Assembly: GCA_002269645.1 (NCBI GenBank)
Contig: NIVC01000163.1
Span: forward strand, 372,001 to 436,000
DNA: 64,000 bases
Source of the DNA: Macrostomum lignano
Taxonomy: Eukaryota
Direction: 5' to 3'
Below, in pieces: positions 26,282 through 40,184 of the stretch. Positions within the stretch are counted from its first letter, which is position 1. Every line of letters begins with the position of its first letter. The notes under the pieces are model-generated. The model saw nothing but the letters and a program-made list of their open reading frames with translations, was not told where the DNA came from and did no database searches. The position numbers and the translations under genes are program-made.

Positions 26282-26824
26282 AGTAGAATTAGAAAATTAA
26301 AAACAGACATTAAAAAATTCAGCTGATTGAGCAACAATGGCTTTAATATCAATCACTGTTAAACCTGCAGTCCATCAGTCAGTATATTAATTATAATAAC
26401 TAAATTTATTTTAGAAACAGTCAAAGTCAAACGTCAAAATATGCGTCGCGGGAACAATTAGAAGCAGACAGCACGATAGAAAATGCACAGTAGAAATAGG
26501 AAATTAACCCTTTTATTTAGATATTTAGATCAGATAGTTAAGATTCAAGATAAAAACTTATCAGCGTGCTATCCGACCAGTCGACTAATAACCAAAGTCA
26601 AAACAAATCGCTACTGTTGAATTTTTTGTTTAAAGAAAAACACAAAACTTCACTAAGCCAATTTATTTTAAGCTGCCAATGGCTCATCGTGAAGGAGGAC
26701 CAGTGAGCTGTCACTCAACTCTCTAAACGCTGACACACCAAAGTCAATCCGATGTCATTGTCATTCCAGTGCCATTCTGTTGTCACACTTGTACTTTACT
26801 ATTAGTCAAGTTTCACTCCAACGT

Positions 26825-27490
26825 CTCTATTGTCACTCTATGGTCACTCCAGTGTCATTCTATGGTCACTCAAGTATCACTCTACGGTCACTCCAGTGTC
26901 ACTCTACGGTCACTCCAGTGTCATTCTATGGTCACTCCAGTGTCATTCTATGGTCACTCAAGTATCACTCTACGGTCACTCCAGTGTCACTCTACGGTCA
27001 CTCCAGTATCACTATACGGTCACTCTAGTGTCACTTTATGGTCACTCCAGTGCCACTCTATGGTCACTCCAGTGCCACTCTATGGTCACTCCAGTGCCAC
27101 TCTATGGTCACTCCAGTGTCAAACAGATGTCACTCCAGTGCCACTCTATGGTTACTCCAGTGTCAAACAGATGTCACTCCAGTGCCACTCTATGGTCACT
27201 CCAGTGTCAAACAGATGTCACTCCAGTGCCACTCTATGGTCACTCCAGTGCCACTCTATGGTCACTCCAGTGCCACTCTATGGTCACTCCAGTGCCACTC
27301 TATGGTCACTCCAGTGCCACTCTATGGTCACTCCAGTGCCACTCTATGGTCACTCCAGTGTCAAACAGATGTCACTCCAGTGCCACTCTATGGTCACTCC
27401 AGTGTCAAACAGATGTCACTCCAGTGCCACTCTATGGTCACTCCAGTATCAAACAGATGTCACTTCAGTGTCACTCTATGGTCACTCCAC
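26825..27490. repeat. 22-bp minisatellite (CACTCCAGTGCCACTCTATGGT) immediately after the TTC13 stop
   Basis: Directly visible. Candidate - strand donor at 27514 (5 nt after TGA) and acceptor at 26729. Confidence 0.95.
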
Positions 27491-27519
27491 TATCACCCCA
27501 GTTTCACTCCCCACATGCA

Positions 27520-30500
27520 TCAGGCAGCCGGGCAGTCGGCAGAGGCGCCCGCCCCGATCATCTCCAGCACGGATCGCAGGGTGGGCAGCGCAGCGGTGAC
27601 GCTCAGGCAGTCGGCACCGGCACCAACAGACTTGGCCAGAGCCACGGGTTTCAGCCACTGCCTGGTGACCAGAGCGAAAGCATCCGGCGTGCCGGCCAGC
27701 ACGGGTTCGAGTTCCAGCGACTTGCCCGGAGGCGGCCGGCCACCAACGCCGATGTTGCTGGCCAACAGGAGGCCAACGGCGACGGCGAAAGCGGCGGGGC
27801 CGCTACGATGCGACAGCGGCATAGCGTTGGTCAGATAGTACATCAGGGTGAGCACGCGGCTTACCGCCTGCTCGCTCACCTGCGGTGCCGGCGGGGGGTT
27901 AGTGGAGGGAATGAATGCATGCCTACCCAGCATCCTACAGCATGCCTACCCAGCATCCTACAGCATGCCTACCCAGCATCCTACAGCATGCCTACCCAGC
28001 ATCCTACAGCATGCCTACCCAGCATCCTACAGCATGCCTACCCAGCATCCTACAGCATGCCTACCCAGCATCCTACAGCATGCCTACCCAGCATCCTACA
28101 GCATGCCTACCCAGCATCCTACAGCATGCCTACCCAGCATCCTACAGCATGCCTACCCAGCATCCTACAGCATGCCTACCCAGCATCCTACAGCATGCCT
28201 ACCCAGCATCCTACAGCATGCCTACCCAGCATCCTACAGCATGCCTACCCAGCATCCTACAGCATACAGCCCAGAATCCTACAGCACACAGCCCAGAATC
28301 CTACAGCAACATCCTACAGCACACAGCCCAGAATCCTACAGCAACATCCTACAGCACACAGCCCAGAATCCTACAGCAACATCCTACAGCACACAGCCCA
28401 GAATCCTACAGCAACATCCTACAGCACACAGCCCAGAATCCTACAGCAACATCCTACAGCACACAGCCCAGAATCCTACAGCACACAGCCCAGAATCCTA
28501 CAGCAACATCCTACAGCACACAGCCCAGAATCCTACAGCACACAGCCCAGAATCCTACAGCAACATCCTACAGCACACAGCCCAGAATCCTACAGCAACA
28601 TCCTACAGCACACAGCCCAGAATCGCACCTGATCAGGCCCCGGATTAGCCAGCCTGCCAGCTCGCATATCCCCTAGCAACTCGCTGAGAAGGTGATCCAA
28701 TTCGTCCCTATACGACCGCAGCCGCAACGTTCTCAGCCGAATTCGAACGCCAAGAGAACACGAGCCGCCAACTTTGGCGTCCTCTGTCAGGTAGATGTAG
28801 GCGCCTTCGTGCCGCATCTGGTCGCGATATTTGGTGCTGGGCACCTGGGTGCCAACCACCAGGCCTCTGTCCTCGTCTCGATAGGTCCTGCGGCGCTTGG
28901 CGATGGTCAGGACCTGCGAGTAGGTGGCGGGGTTTATAAAAGTCTACCGAAAAGCCTACTTAAGAGTCTACCGAATAGCCTACTTTAGAGTCTACCGAAT
29001 AGCCTACTTTAGAGTCTACCGAATAGCCTACTTTAGAGTCTACCGAATAGCCTACTTTAGAGTCTACCGAATAGCCTACTTTAGAGTCTACCAAATAGCC
29101 TACTTTAGAGTCTACCGAATAGCCTACTTCAGAGTCCACCGAATAGCTTACTTCAGAATAGTCAATCAGAGTTATTACCAAATAACCTATCAGACTCTAC
29201 CAAAGAAGCTACCAGTTTACTAAATAACTTACCACAGACAGACTCTACCAAAGATGCTACTAATCTACCAAATAACCTACCAGAGTCTACCAAAAAGCCT
29301 ATTAGTCTATCAGATAGCCTACCAGACTCTACTAAATAGCCTACCAGAGTCTACCAAACAGCCTACCAATCTATCAGATAGCCTATCAGAGTCTATCAAA
29401 TAGCAAACCAGAGACAAGCGGACAGCTCACCTGCTCCAGAGTTTGAGCAGTATCAAACTCGCGCTTCTCATCTTGACTACCAGCAGACCCTGGCCCCCTG
29501 CTGTGCTCAGTCATAGTCTTGGCCAACTGAAACACCAAATTGAAGTAGGCTTGCAGCGGCGGATTAGGCACGCCCCTGTGTACAATAGCGTGGTTAAACT
29601 GCAGATCCGGTGCATTGCTATTGGCTGTTGGCGATGGCTCAGATTTTGGCAGCAACGTGTGAACCAACTGTACAGGCTTGGTCAGGTCAGCCAGTTGAAT
29701 GTACTTTGCGGCCAAGTCAATTAAGGACAGCCAGCCAATATTATTGTGATTATAGCGATCGTGAGTTGCATTATACACCAGCTGACCGATATGTACAGCT
29801 GCCAGGCCAAGCGCAAACGTCACCCTCTCATTATTGACAGCTCCGTCTGTGTCTGTGCGAAATGACTGGCCAACTCGTTTAGCTAAGCAGATCAATTCTT
29901 GTTGGCGAAAGTTATAAGTGGTTAAGTCTGGCACTGTGACATCTCTGTGGGAAAATTCCATAATTAGCAATGTGTACTTTAGTATCGGTTTCTTCACTAT
30001 GGAAACTTCCATAGACATTAGCAATGTATTTTGGTATTGGTTTCTTTACTATTGAAACTTCCATAGACATTAGCAATGTACTTTGGTATCGGTTTCTTCA
30101 CTATGGAAACTTCCATAGACATTAGCAATGTACTTTGGTATCGGTTTCTTCACTATGGAAACTTCCATAGACATTAGCAATGTATTTTGGTATTGGTTTC
30201 TTTACTATTGAAACTTCCATAGACATTAGCAATGTACTTTGGTATCGGTTTCTTCACTATGGAAACTTCCATAGACATTAGCAATGTACTTTAGTATCGC
30301 TTTCTTCACTATGTAAACTTCCATAGACATTAGCAATGTACTTTGGTATCGCTTTCTTCACTATGTAAACTTCCATAGACATTAGCAATGTACTTTGGTA
30401 TCGGTTTCTTCACTATGGAAACTTCCATAGACATTAGCAATGTACTTTAGTATCGCTTTCTTCACTATGTAAATTTCCATAGATATTCTATTTTACGTTT

Positions 30501-33500
30501 CTCAATCTCAACAAACAATAGAAAAATCAATAAATAAAGACTCACTCTTGACTTGGCTGCAGGCCAGACTCTTCTCGATAAACTTTCTAAAAAATATTAT
30601 TTAAAAAGAAATTTAAATTTCTGAGAGCTCTGCAGACAGACTTGAATTGTTGAATTGAAGTTTTGTACACAGAAAAGATCCTAGGTTCGAATCCCAGAAA
30701 TAGATATTGAATGAGCTCACCGATTCAAGCAGCGACTTTCCAAGAATCCATCTGACCCGAAAATCTTTCTGCAAGTCGGTAGTGAAGTTCAACAATCCCC
30801 AGTTGGTGTCCAACCGGCCGCGAAGAAACCTGGCCCACTCGCGCAGGTAGTGACTGCGCAAGAACTCTGGCGAGACTGCGGTGGCGGCCAGCGAGCCCTG
30901 CACCATGATCGCCGTCGAGGCGCGGATGCTTTCATAGAATTGGCCCAGATTGGCGAGGGCGGCGGCGCGCCGGAACAGACAGACGGGGCAGGTGGGGTGA
31001 AGCGCCAGACAGCGATCTGTGTAGTTCAGCGTCTGGCGGCACCGACCCGCCGAGTAGTGCGACATGGCCGCGAGCTTGCTGGCAGCGTAGGTCTGCGAGG
31101 TTGTTGGAGACAGTGAGCACACACAGAGAACCTTAATCCCCATAGAGAACGACAATCCCCCATTGAGAACCTTAATCCCCATTGAGAACCTTAATCCCCA
31201 TTGAGAACCTTAATCCCCATTGAGAACCTTAATCCCCATTGAGAACCTTAATCCCCATTGAGAACCTTAATCCCCATTGAGAACCTTAATCCCCATTGAG
31301 AACCTTAATCCCCATAGAGAACCTTAATCCCCATAGAGAACGACAATCCCCCATTGAGAACCTTAATCCCCATTGAGAACCTTAATCCCCATTGAGAACC
31401 TTAATCCCCATAGAGAACCTTAATCCCCATAGAGAACGACAATCCCCCATTGAGAACCTTAATCCCCATTGAGAACCTTAATCCCCCATAGAGAACGACA
31501 ATCCCCCATTGAGAACCTTAATCCCCATTGAGAACCTTAATCCCCATTGAGAACCTTAATCCCCATAGAGAACCTTAATCCCCATAGAGAACGACAATCC
31601 CCCATTGAGAACCTTAATCCCCATTGAGAACCTTAATCCCCATTGAGAACCTTAATCCCCATAGAGAACCTTAATCCCCATAGAGAACGACAATCCCCCA
31701 TTGAGAACCTTAATCCCCATTGAGAACCTTAATCCCCCATAGAGAACCTTAATCCCCCATAGAGAACCTTAATCCCCCACAGAGAACCTTAATCCCCATT
31801 GAGAACGTTAATCCCCATAGAGAACCTTAATCCCCCATAGAGAACCTTAATCCCCCACAGAGAACCTTAATCCCCATTGAGAACCTTAATCCTCACAGAG
31901 AACCTTAATCCTCACAGAGAACCTTATTCCCTGATAGAGAACGATAATTCTGCACAGAGAAGCTCAATCCCGTCAAAGAGAATCTTAAAGAGTCAAAGAG
32001 AGCATGGCCACACCTGATCAGGCCGCACCCCGCCAGCACTGTCAGCAGGCGATAGCAGCGGCGTCAGCAGCTGAACAACCCGCTGACCGGCGCCCAGCAC
32101 CCGATGGCAGTCGGCCATGCGCAGTCGAGCGTCCACCAGGTCGGGCGCCTCCTCCAGCGCCTCTTTGTAGGTCTCGGCAGCGTTGCGCAGGCGGCCCAAC
32201 CTGGTGTAGGCCGCACCCAGCACCAGCAGCAGGTGAGGGTCGCGGCCGTGCAGACGGACCGCCGATTTTGCGTCCTGGGCGGATGGAGACCTTCCGATTG
32301 TTGCTACCGGCTTCATCACTAAACCTGCACAGCCATCTTTTCCTTTTTTACCTATGCATCTCCTAGGTACAGAATATCTAACCCTAACTTATCAGTTTCA
32401 ACCTTTCCCATCTCATCCTCTCACCCTCTCCTTCCCCCACTCTCTCCTTCTCCCACTCTCTCCTTCCCCCACTCTCTATTTCCCCCACTCTCTATTTCCC
32501 CCACTCTCTCCTTCCCCCACTCTCTCCTTCCCCCACTCTCTCCTTCCCCCACTCTCTCCTTCCCCCACTCTCTCCTTCCCCCACTCTCACTCTCTCCTTC
32601 CCCCACTCTCACTCTCTCCTTCCCCCACTCTCACTCTCTCCTTCCCCTCTCTCACCCTCTCCTTCCCCCACTCTCACTCTCTCCTTCCCCCACTCTCTCC
32701 TTCCCCCACTCTCTCCTTCCCCCACTCTCTCCTTCCCCCACTCTCTCCTTCCCCCACTCTCTCCTTCCCAACTCTCTCCTTCCCCCACTCTCACTCTCTC
32801 CTTCCCCCACTCTCACTCTCTCCTTCCCCCACTCTCACTCTCTCCTTCCCCCTCTCTCACCCTCTCCTTCCCCCACTCTCTCCCTCTCCTTCCCCCACTC
32901 TCACCCTCTCCTTCCCCCACTCTCTCCCTCTCCTTCCCCCACTCTCTCCCTCTCCTTCCCCCACTCTCACCCTCTCCTTCCCCCACTCTCTCTCTCTCTT
33001 CTTCCCCCACTCTCACTCTCTCCTTCCCCCAATCTCACTCTCTTCTTCCCCCTCTCACCCTCTCCTTCCCCCACTCTCACTCTCTCCTTCCCCCTCTCTC
33101 ACCCTCTCCTCCCCTACTCTAACTCTCTCCTTCCCCTACTCTCACTCTCTCCTTCCCCTACTCTCACTCTCTCCTTCCCCTACTCTCACACTCTCCTTCC
33201 CTCTCTCTCACCCTCTCCTCCCCCCACTCTCACTCTCTCCTTCCCCCTCTCTCACCCTCTCCTTCTCCCACTCTCTCCTTCCCCCACTCTCTCGTTCCCC
33301 CACTCTCACTCTCTCCTTCTCCCACTCTCACCCTCTCCTTCCCCTACTCTCTCCTTCCCCCACTCTCACTCTCTCCTTCCCCTACTCTCACTCTCTCCTT
33401 CCCCCACTCTCACTCTCTCCTTCCCCTACTCACACTCTCCTTCCCTCTCTCTCACTCTCTCCTTCCCCCACTCTCACTCTCTCCTTCCCCCACTCTCACT

Positions 33501-35800
33501 CTCTCCTTCCCCCACTCTCACTCACCCTCTCCTTCCCCCACTCTCTCTCACCCTCTCCTTCCCCCACTCTCACTTTCTCCTTCCCCCACTCTTACTCTCT
33601 CCTTCCCCCACTCACTCTCTCTTTCCCCCACTCTCACTCTCTGCTTCCCCCACTCTCTCTCACTCTCTTCTTCCCCCACTCTCACTCTCTTCTTCCCCCA
33701 CTCTCACTCTCTTCTTCCCTCTCTTTCTAAACATCTCCTTCCCTCTCTCCTTCCAAAGGTGCAAGCATAAATGAAATACCTGAAAAGCTGCCTCGCTTTC
33801 GCCCAGAGCAAAATTAACGAGACACCGCTGCAGAACCAGTTGCCAGGCGGTCCGGTTCATATTAATAGCGTTGCTCATATCGTTGAATGCTTGAGCATAG
33901 TTGCCAATTAAAAATTGAATCTGAGCTCGCTTCACGTATAGGTCGGCATTTTTGCTTTGAAGTCTAAGCGCCTCTGTTAGAAGATTAACGGCCTGATTGC
34001 CGAATGCCTGCAGGGTATATGTGAAATAATGGCTATATTTTCTTGGCTAAATTTAGTCTACCTTATATAGCTATGTCTAAACTATATCTCACCTAGTCTT
34101 AACATCTCACCCTACTTTCAAACTCTTTAACTTAAACTTCAACCCTACCCTAAATCTCACCCTACCTTAAGTCTAAGTCTGCACTTTCAATAATAATATA
34201 AGGTTTTCTGCGCTAATTACGAGCGTATATCCAAGTACATGTCTATTTAACCAACAGGTTTAGACGGTATAAAAAATCTCATACACCCTACTTAATAGCA
34301 ATAATGCGAGACTAATATAGCAATTTTGCGAGAAATTAAAAATAGTCCAGAAAAAATTCTCAAAAAGACAGATATAGTAAGTAAAGTGAGTGAGTTTACT
34401 AAACCTAAAGAACGCATTTAGTCTAATGTAAAATACTTGTACATCAGAATCAGACATCCAAGAAACCAAAATTCGCGAATTCCATAACTACTAACACAGC
34501 ATATAAATTAAAAACAGAGAGATGGCAGCTCACTGACCCTAGTACCATCCGCTTGGCGTGTCTGTATAAATTCAAGGAAAACATGTCACTCTGGATTCTT
34601 TGTCACATTGAAATCAAGTGTCCCAAGCCTACTGACATCTCTAATAACAGTGTAGTGAATGGAGTGGCAATGGAGATAAATAGAGTGTAATGTAGAGAAA
34701 TAGAGTGACAATGTCGAGAAATGGAGTGATAATAGAGTGACAATAGAGTGACAATGGAAAGAAATGAAGTGACAACGGAGAGACAATGGAGTGACAATAG
34801 AGAGAAATGGAGTGACAATAGAGTGACAATGGAGTGACAATGGGGATAAATGGACTAACAATAGAGTGAAGTGGAGTGACAATAGAGTGAAATGGAGTGA
34901 CAATGGAGAGAAAATGGAGTGACAATAGAGAGAAATGGAGTGACAGTAGAGAGAAATGGAGTGACAATAGAGTGAAATGGAGTGACAATAGAGTGAAATG
35001 GAGTGACACTAGAGTGAAATGGAGTGACACTAGAGTGAAATGGAGTGACAATAGAGTGAAATGGAGTGACAATAGAGTGAAATGGAGTGACAATACAGTA
35101 AAATGGAGTGACAAGAGTGAAATGGAGTGACAAGAGTGAAATGGAGTGACAATAGTGAAATGGAGTGACAATAGAGTGAAATGGAGTGACAATGGAGAGA
35201 CAATGGAGTGACAATAGAGAGAAATGGAGTGACAATAGAGTGGAATGGAGTGACAAAAACTGAAAACATTAAACATGTTAGTTAAAGAAGAAGTTATTAA
35301 ACAGAAACAAATAAGCTTACTTGATAATCTTTCCTAAACTGCGCGATTGCCAATGCAGTCAGGGCCTCCGGCTGGTTGGGAAATTCCTTGCAAAATATAA
35401 ATGAAATATATCATAATAAATGCTTCTGGGAAAAACTTCAAACCAGGACACGAAAAGTCCAGCTTGTACATGGCACGCACCTTCAGAAATCGTTCAAAGT
35501 GCTCGATGGCTTTGTCCAAGTATCCAGTGTTCATGAGAACCAGACCGAAGGCTACAGTCAGTTATAGTTTAACATTGGCTAATAATTTTTAATTCAAACA
35601 TAAACATTATTAGACAAACTCCTGGCACACTTACCGAATCGTTTTAACAAAGACTCCGAACCAAAGTCGAACGTGAGAAACTTTGACGCCACAATATTTC
35701 GGGCGTAACTCTGCAATGCGAAATTTTTGGATTTGTACGAGAGATTGCGTCATATTTTTTCATTCTTGACTGCCCGTCTACCTGTTTTTCTCAGTGTCTC

Positions 35801-35887
<87 letters not shown>

Positions 35888-35920
35888 GTCTGTCTGTCTG
35901 GCTGTCTGTCTGTCTGTCTA

Positions 35921-36007
<87 letters not shown>

Positions 36008-36044
36008 GCCTGTCTGTCTGTCTGTCTCTCTGTCTGTCTGTCTC

Positions 36045-36101
<57 letters not shown>

Positions 36102-36188
36102 TTGTCTGTCTGTCTGTCTCTCTGTCTGTCTGTCTGTCTGCCTGTCTGTCTTAGTGTCTGTCTTAGTGTCTGTCTGTCTGTCTGTCTC

Positions 36189-36245
<57 letters not shown>

Positions 36246-36298
36246 TTGTCTGTCTGTCTGTCTGTCTCTTTGTCTGTCTGTCTGTCTGTCTCTTTGCC

Positions 36299-36361
<63 letters not shown>

Positions 36362-36372
36362 TTGCCTGTCTA

Positions 36373-36407
<35 letters not shown>

Positions 36408-38647
36408 GCCTGCCTGTCCGTCTCTCTGCCTGTCTGTCTGTCTGTCTCTGTCTATCTGTCTGTCTGTCTGTCTGCCTGCCTGTCCGTCTCTCTGCCTGTC
36501 TGTCTATCTATCTGTCTGTCTCAATTCCTCTATTTTTACTCAGGTCTGTAATTTCGAGTCACTGAATCAGCAATGCTAATCTCTTAGCCACAAAAGCACA
36601 CCAATTGCCAAGCACTGCTCACGTGAAACTGAGTCTTGTTAAACGGTTCAGAGCCAGAGCAAACCGAACACGCCCCAAATGGACAGGAGTCTGCAAAATA
36701 ACAGAGATGCCAATCAATTGACAACTGTTTATTTATAGCCAATAGTCGTTTTACTTCCTGAGTAAGTAGTTAGGTTTTGCTTCATATTGCTTAATAGTAA
36801 GAAAGTACCCTATGCTATGGATTGCTGGTCATTTCAATACAGATTGCTTCATTATAAAAACTTGCCAAACGAACTGTAGCAGGCGGGGAGCACATCCAAG
36901 TCGCTAGAATTCTCATTGAATGCTGGCTAAAAATATAGAGGAAGTTGATCATATATGATTATTTAATACAAGAATCTGTACAGAGTTACAAGGTAAATGG
37001 CATAGGTTGGCCCTCAAAGCAGTAAATTTCATGAACAGACTCAAGTCAATATTTCAATTTACCCCAAATTTACCCCAATTTACCCCAAACCCCAAATTAA
37101 TGTGACTGCACTTGGAATCGAGCCTGGGCTGCTGACACATCAGAGCATAGCACTAGATCACTAGCCTAAGCCTTCAAACTAGACCTATTCAAAGATCACA
37201 AACTTTTTATGCTTAGAGAGTTTTTTAATCTATGGTTAAGCTCTATCTTGCATTATACTATAGTAATGAGTGTTTTTTGTTTAAGTTTTAATATTCAATA
37301 TTTTTACTAAGATATGTCCATTTAATCCAATTATTATAAACCTATATAATGGTTTATGCAATTTGAATTCTAATATCTAGACTTAACATTTCTATCATTA
37401 ATTAAAAACAAAAAAACTGAAAGCATAATGTCAAATTTTAGGCAATGCTTATTTAGCTGGCACCATTCAAATAAGCTTGCTACTATTATGCTGGCAGTTT
37501 TCTTATAATTACAAGCTTGTCACTAAGCTTAAATTAGGAGCAAAGCTTATTTGATTGGTACTAGCTAAATAAGTACTACCAACATTTTATTTAATATCTT
37601 GACTAAACTTAAACATTAATTATATTATTAAATTAGTTATTTCTTAATTAATTTATTCTAAACTTATAACATTTATAAATTAAAAAAAGTTTTTTTATGT
37701 TAGTACGTTTATATATCTAATTCATTTATTAGCATTATTGCAACCTACATGTAAGTACAAATATATTAGACATATATAAAAGTATACCAAGCTAGGGCCT
37801 ATTATATTGTCTAAATATACATTATAATTAGGTATTACTAGGGGCCTATCCTAGACTCTAGATAGTATATATGTAAGCCAGAATTTTCTAGCCCAATCAA
37901 TATATATAATTAGCATACAAAATGACCAAGTTCAACTTTAGCATAGTCTCTATCTCTATCTACATAGTTAGAAAAACAACAGATTCATAAAGAAGAATAG
38001 CTCCCTTCTAAAATTAAAGGAAAAATAAAATTAGGAAATCATGTTTAATTTCTCTGAGTCTAAGAAAAAGAAAACAAAAAATTAAATAAAATAAACTGTT
38101 TTTAGTTTAAGAAAAGTAATAAGTTTTTTAATCTTTATGCAAAGATCTAGCAATAAAATACTGATTTTAGGCTTTTATAAAGATTAAATTGCTAAATAGG
38201 GCTTACACAATTATCATAATATAAAAAAGTTATAAATAATAAAATAAAAGAAGTCAAACTTACATGCATTGAGAAAAACTGGTATAATTCAAAGAAATTT
38301 TGAAATGCACTTAGAACCTTGAGTTTTGTGGTGTCTTTCATATCTTTTGAAAGTGTTATACCAATAGTTGTTTTTACATCAAATAATCCACCATGACCAT
38401 TTGCAATATCATGAATATGAAGTCCAATAAGACTTAAAGGGCTTAATGAGGAGTTTGATGCTTGACTTTTGTCGAATGTAGTTGAGCTCGCAGTATACTT
38501 GAGTGCAAGCTTTAAATAGCTCGAAAGAATTAAATGACTTTCAGATGTGCTATGGTTAGGGGTAGGTCTAACTGATGTTAATAAGCTGGAATATACGATG
38601 ATAGAAAAAAGAACTGTCACGAACGTTATTTTTGAAATGACACACAT
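27520..38647 (-). CDS. TTC13: Tetratricopeptide repeat protein 13, 13 exons, about 928 aa
   Basis: Exons 38647-38264, 36926-36866, 36690-36623, 35710-35635, 35551-35481, 35386-35321, 34007-33780, 32274-32014, 31092-30721, 30586-30546, 29944-29431, 28913-28629 and 27879-27520, phase-consistent (2787 nt). Motifs recalled from TTC13: [68 protein letters not shown]. The first two exons are more tentative. Confidence 0.88.
27917..28620. repeat. Compound minisatellite: 23-bp (CAGCATCCTACAGCATGCCTACC) switching to a related 22/35-bp unit, last TTC13 intron
   Basis: Directly visible. Unit switch near 28260. Confidence 0.96.
28945..29405. repeat. 24-bp minisatellite (AGAGTCTACCGAATAGCCTACTTT), TTC13 intron 11
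   Basis: Directly visible, degenerating rightward. Confidence 0.93.
29960..30485. repeat. 52-bp minisatellite, TTC13 intron 10
   Basis: GAAAC at 30002, 30054 and 30106 (period 52). Confidence 0.96.
31125..31925. repeat. 19-20-bp minisatellite (GAGAACCTTAATCCCCATT), TTC13 intron 8
   Basis: Directly visible. Confidence 0.97.
32410..33720. repeat. Polypyrimidine/polypurine minisatellite (CTCTCCTTCCCCCACT, 16-22 bp), TTC13 intron 7
   Basis: Directly visible, 1.3 kb almost devoid of G on the + strand. Confidence 0.97.
34655..35256. repeat. About 21-bp minisatellite (AAATGGAGTGACAATAGAGTG), TTC13 intron 6
   Basis: Directly visible. Confidence 0.95.
35796..36520. repeat. (TCTG)n microsatellite, TTC13 intron 3
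   Basis: Directly visible. Confidence 0.98.
37098..37168 (-). mobile_element. tRNA-like head fragment of SINE family 2
   Basis: The - strand GGCTAGTGATCTAGTGCTATGCTCTGATGTGTCAGCAGCCCAGGCTCGATTCCAAGTGCAG aligns by eye with 52715-52776 (GCCTAGTGGTCTAGCGAGGCGCTCTGATGTACTAGCGGCCTAGGCTCGATTCCAAGAGCAG). Confidence 0.7.
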
Positions 38648-40184
38648 TTTTTCAGTGTCAGTCAGTCAGAAGCTAATCTTTTTATGTTGGAAAAGGTAAA
38701 TTATTTACTATTTACTAGTTTATTACTATTATTACTTATTCATCCTAGTTTGAAATGGTTTCAATTCCATATTGACTGTGCTTAAAATAATTAAAATGTA
38801 TTTTTATGCTAAATGCATAAAAAATGAGTAATGCAAATTATTAACTGGATAAAACAAAGGAAGTATCTCACAAGTATTCGGGTGTCAAGGTTATATTCAA
38901 TTCAATTCTGTTAACAAGTCGAGTTCTGTCTGTCCACCATTGTTCGGCTTTTCAGTCTAGGGTTCCTCGAAAATTTACAAATTAATTTTTTGACTCACTA
39001 CAACAAAACATCTCGTAAATTGCTTTGCTTCTTGTCTAGCTAAAAATGCTTACTTTAAGAAATTTTAAATATTTATTTTCACAGGTGCAAAGACTCACAA
39101 CGCAAAATAAAAGTTACGCCTCTAGGTGCTTTAAGATCTCTTGGTAGCGACAGTTCTTTAGCATCTATATGGACCGAACACTAGCAATTCCAGCCGCCCG
39201 AGTTTACTAATATTTATATCTTCGCCTCGTAGCTATAGATGGGCACACAGATGGGCACTAATACCGCAAATAGTGAACTATCCTCCAAGCTATTTCTCAG
39301 CATAAGGTTAAGTGCTGACCTGAACCTTGTAGTTTAAATTTTTATTGTACCTGATGTGTTAAAATGCTACTTAGAGGCATTTTGCGCAACGCACAATCAC
39401 AGTACTTTAGAAATTAATCAGACTATTATTAAGTATTTTGGTAGACTACTAGCTTAAAATAAAGTAGTCAAAAACTTAATAAATTTGTACTTCGCGCAAA
39501 GCGAAATACTGTAAGTTTGCAAATAAAATGAAATTATATACAATATTGAAAATTGGATTGTATATATTTAGTTAAAGAAAATAAACACTGCGACAGTTTT
39601 TACGCTTGCCAAGAATTTACGGAACAAAGCAGTGACATTGTGAATAATGGCAAAAACAACTTTTAAGCAACAAAAGTTTCACACCTTAACAACAGAAATA
39701 GCTCTACTTACAGTAGCATAAGCAAAAAATCGCCCAAAAAACCTTTAATAAATATTTAGTGCTAGTCTCAATGTATTATATATAAAGACAACCGTATAAA
39801 TAATTTCTGTTCACCCGAGTTTTAATAAGCATATAAGATGTCAGTTAAACTACATATAAATATTTATACATGGCATTTCTAGCTTATAGTGAAAGAAAAA
39901 ACATAAATTATCACAATAGCAAAGTTTGTATCCTTCTAAACAAGAAGACAAAATGAACACTATCTATAGTATTTGTAGAGATTTGTAGACCTATTGCATA
40001 CTTGGCACACGGATGGAAAGTTAAGAACTTACAGTTAGTCAATAATAGACTACACGTTTTAAGCAGTCACCTGTGGTTTGGATTTATTTTGGGTGGTTTC
40101 AGGTTTGTCAATATTGAAGTCAACAACCTGAGGAAAAATTCGAATTGGTTCATAATTGTATAATTCTAAGACTAGACGAGGCCC

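Noticed and set aside
24860-26352. Three overlapping 430-457-aa ORFs (LGQPPRSSVAGPASQILSCWASLPDPQL), and similar ORFs at 2977-3543, 19419-19895 and 41963-42205
   Set aside because: A 28-bp unit lacking stops cycles through all three frames. The ORFs are artefacts of array family A, and two copies lie in demonstrable introns.
26769-28676. 600-aa and other long + strand ORFs
   Set aside because: They are built from the 22-bp and 23/35-bp arrays plus the antisense of the last TTC13 exon.
32354-36579. SPSPTL-, LSLHF- and CLSV-repeat ORFs (also 23071-23727 and 56284-57019)
   Set aside because: They are translations of intronic micro- and minisatellites.
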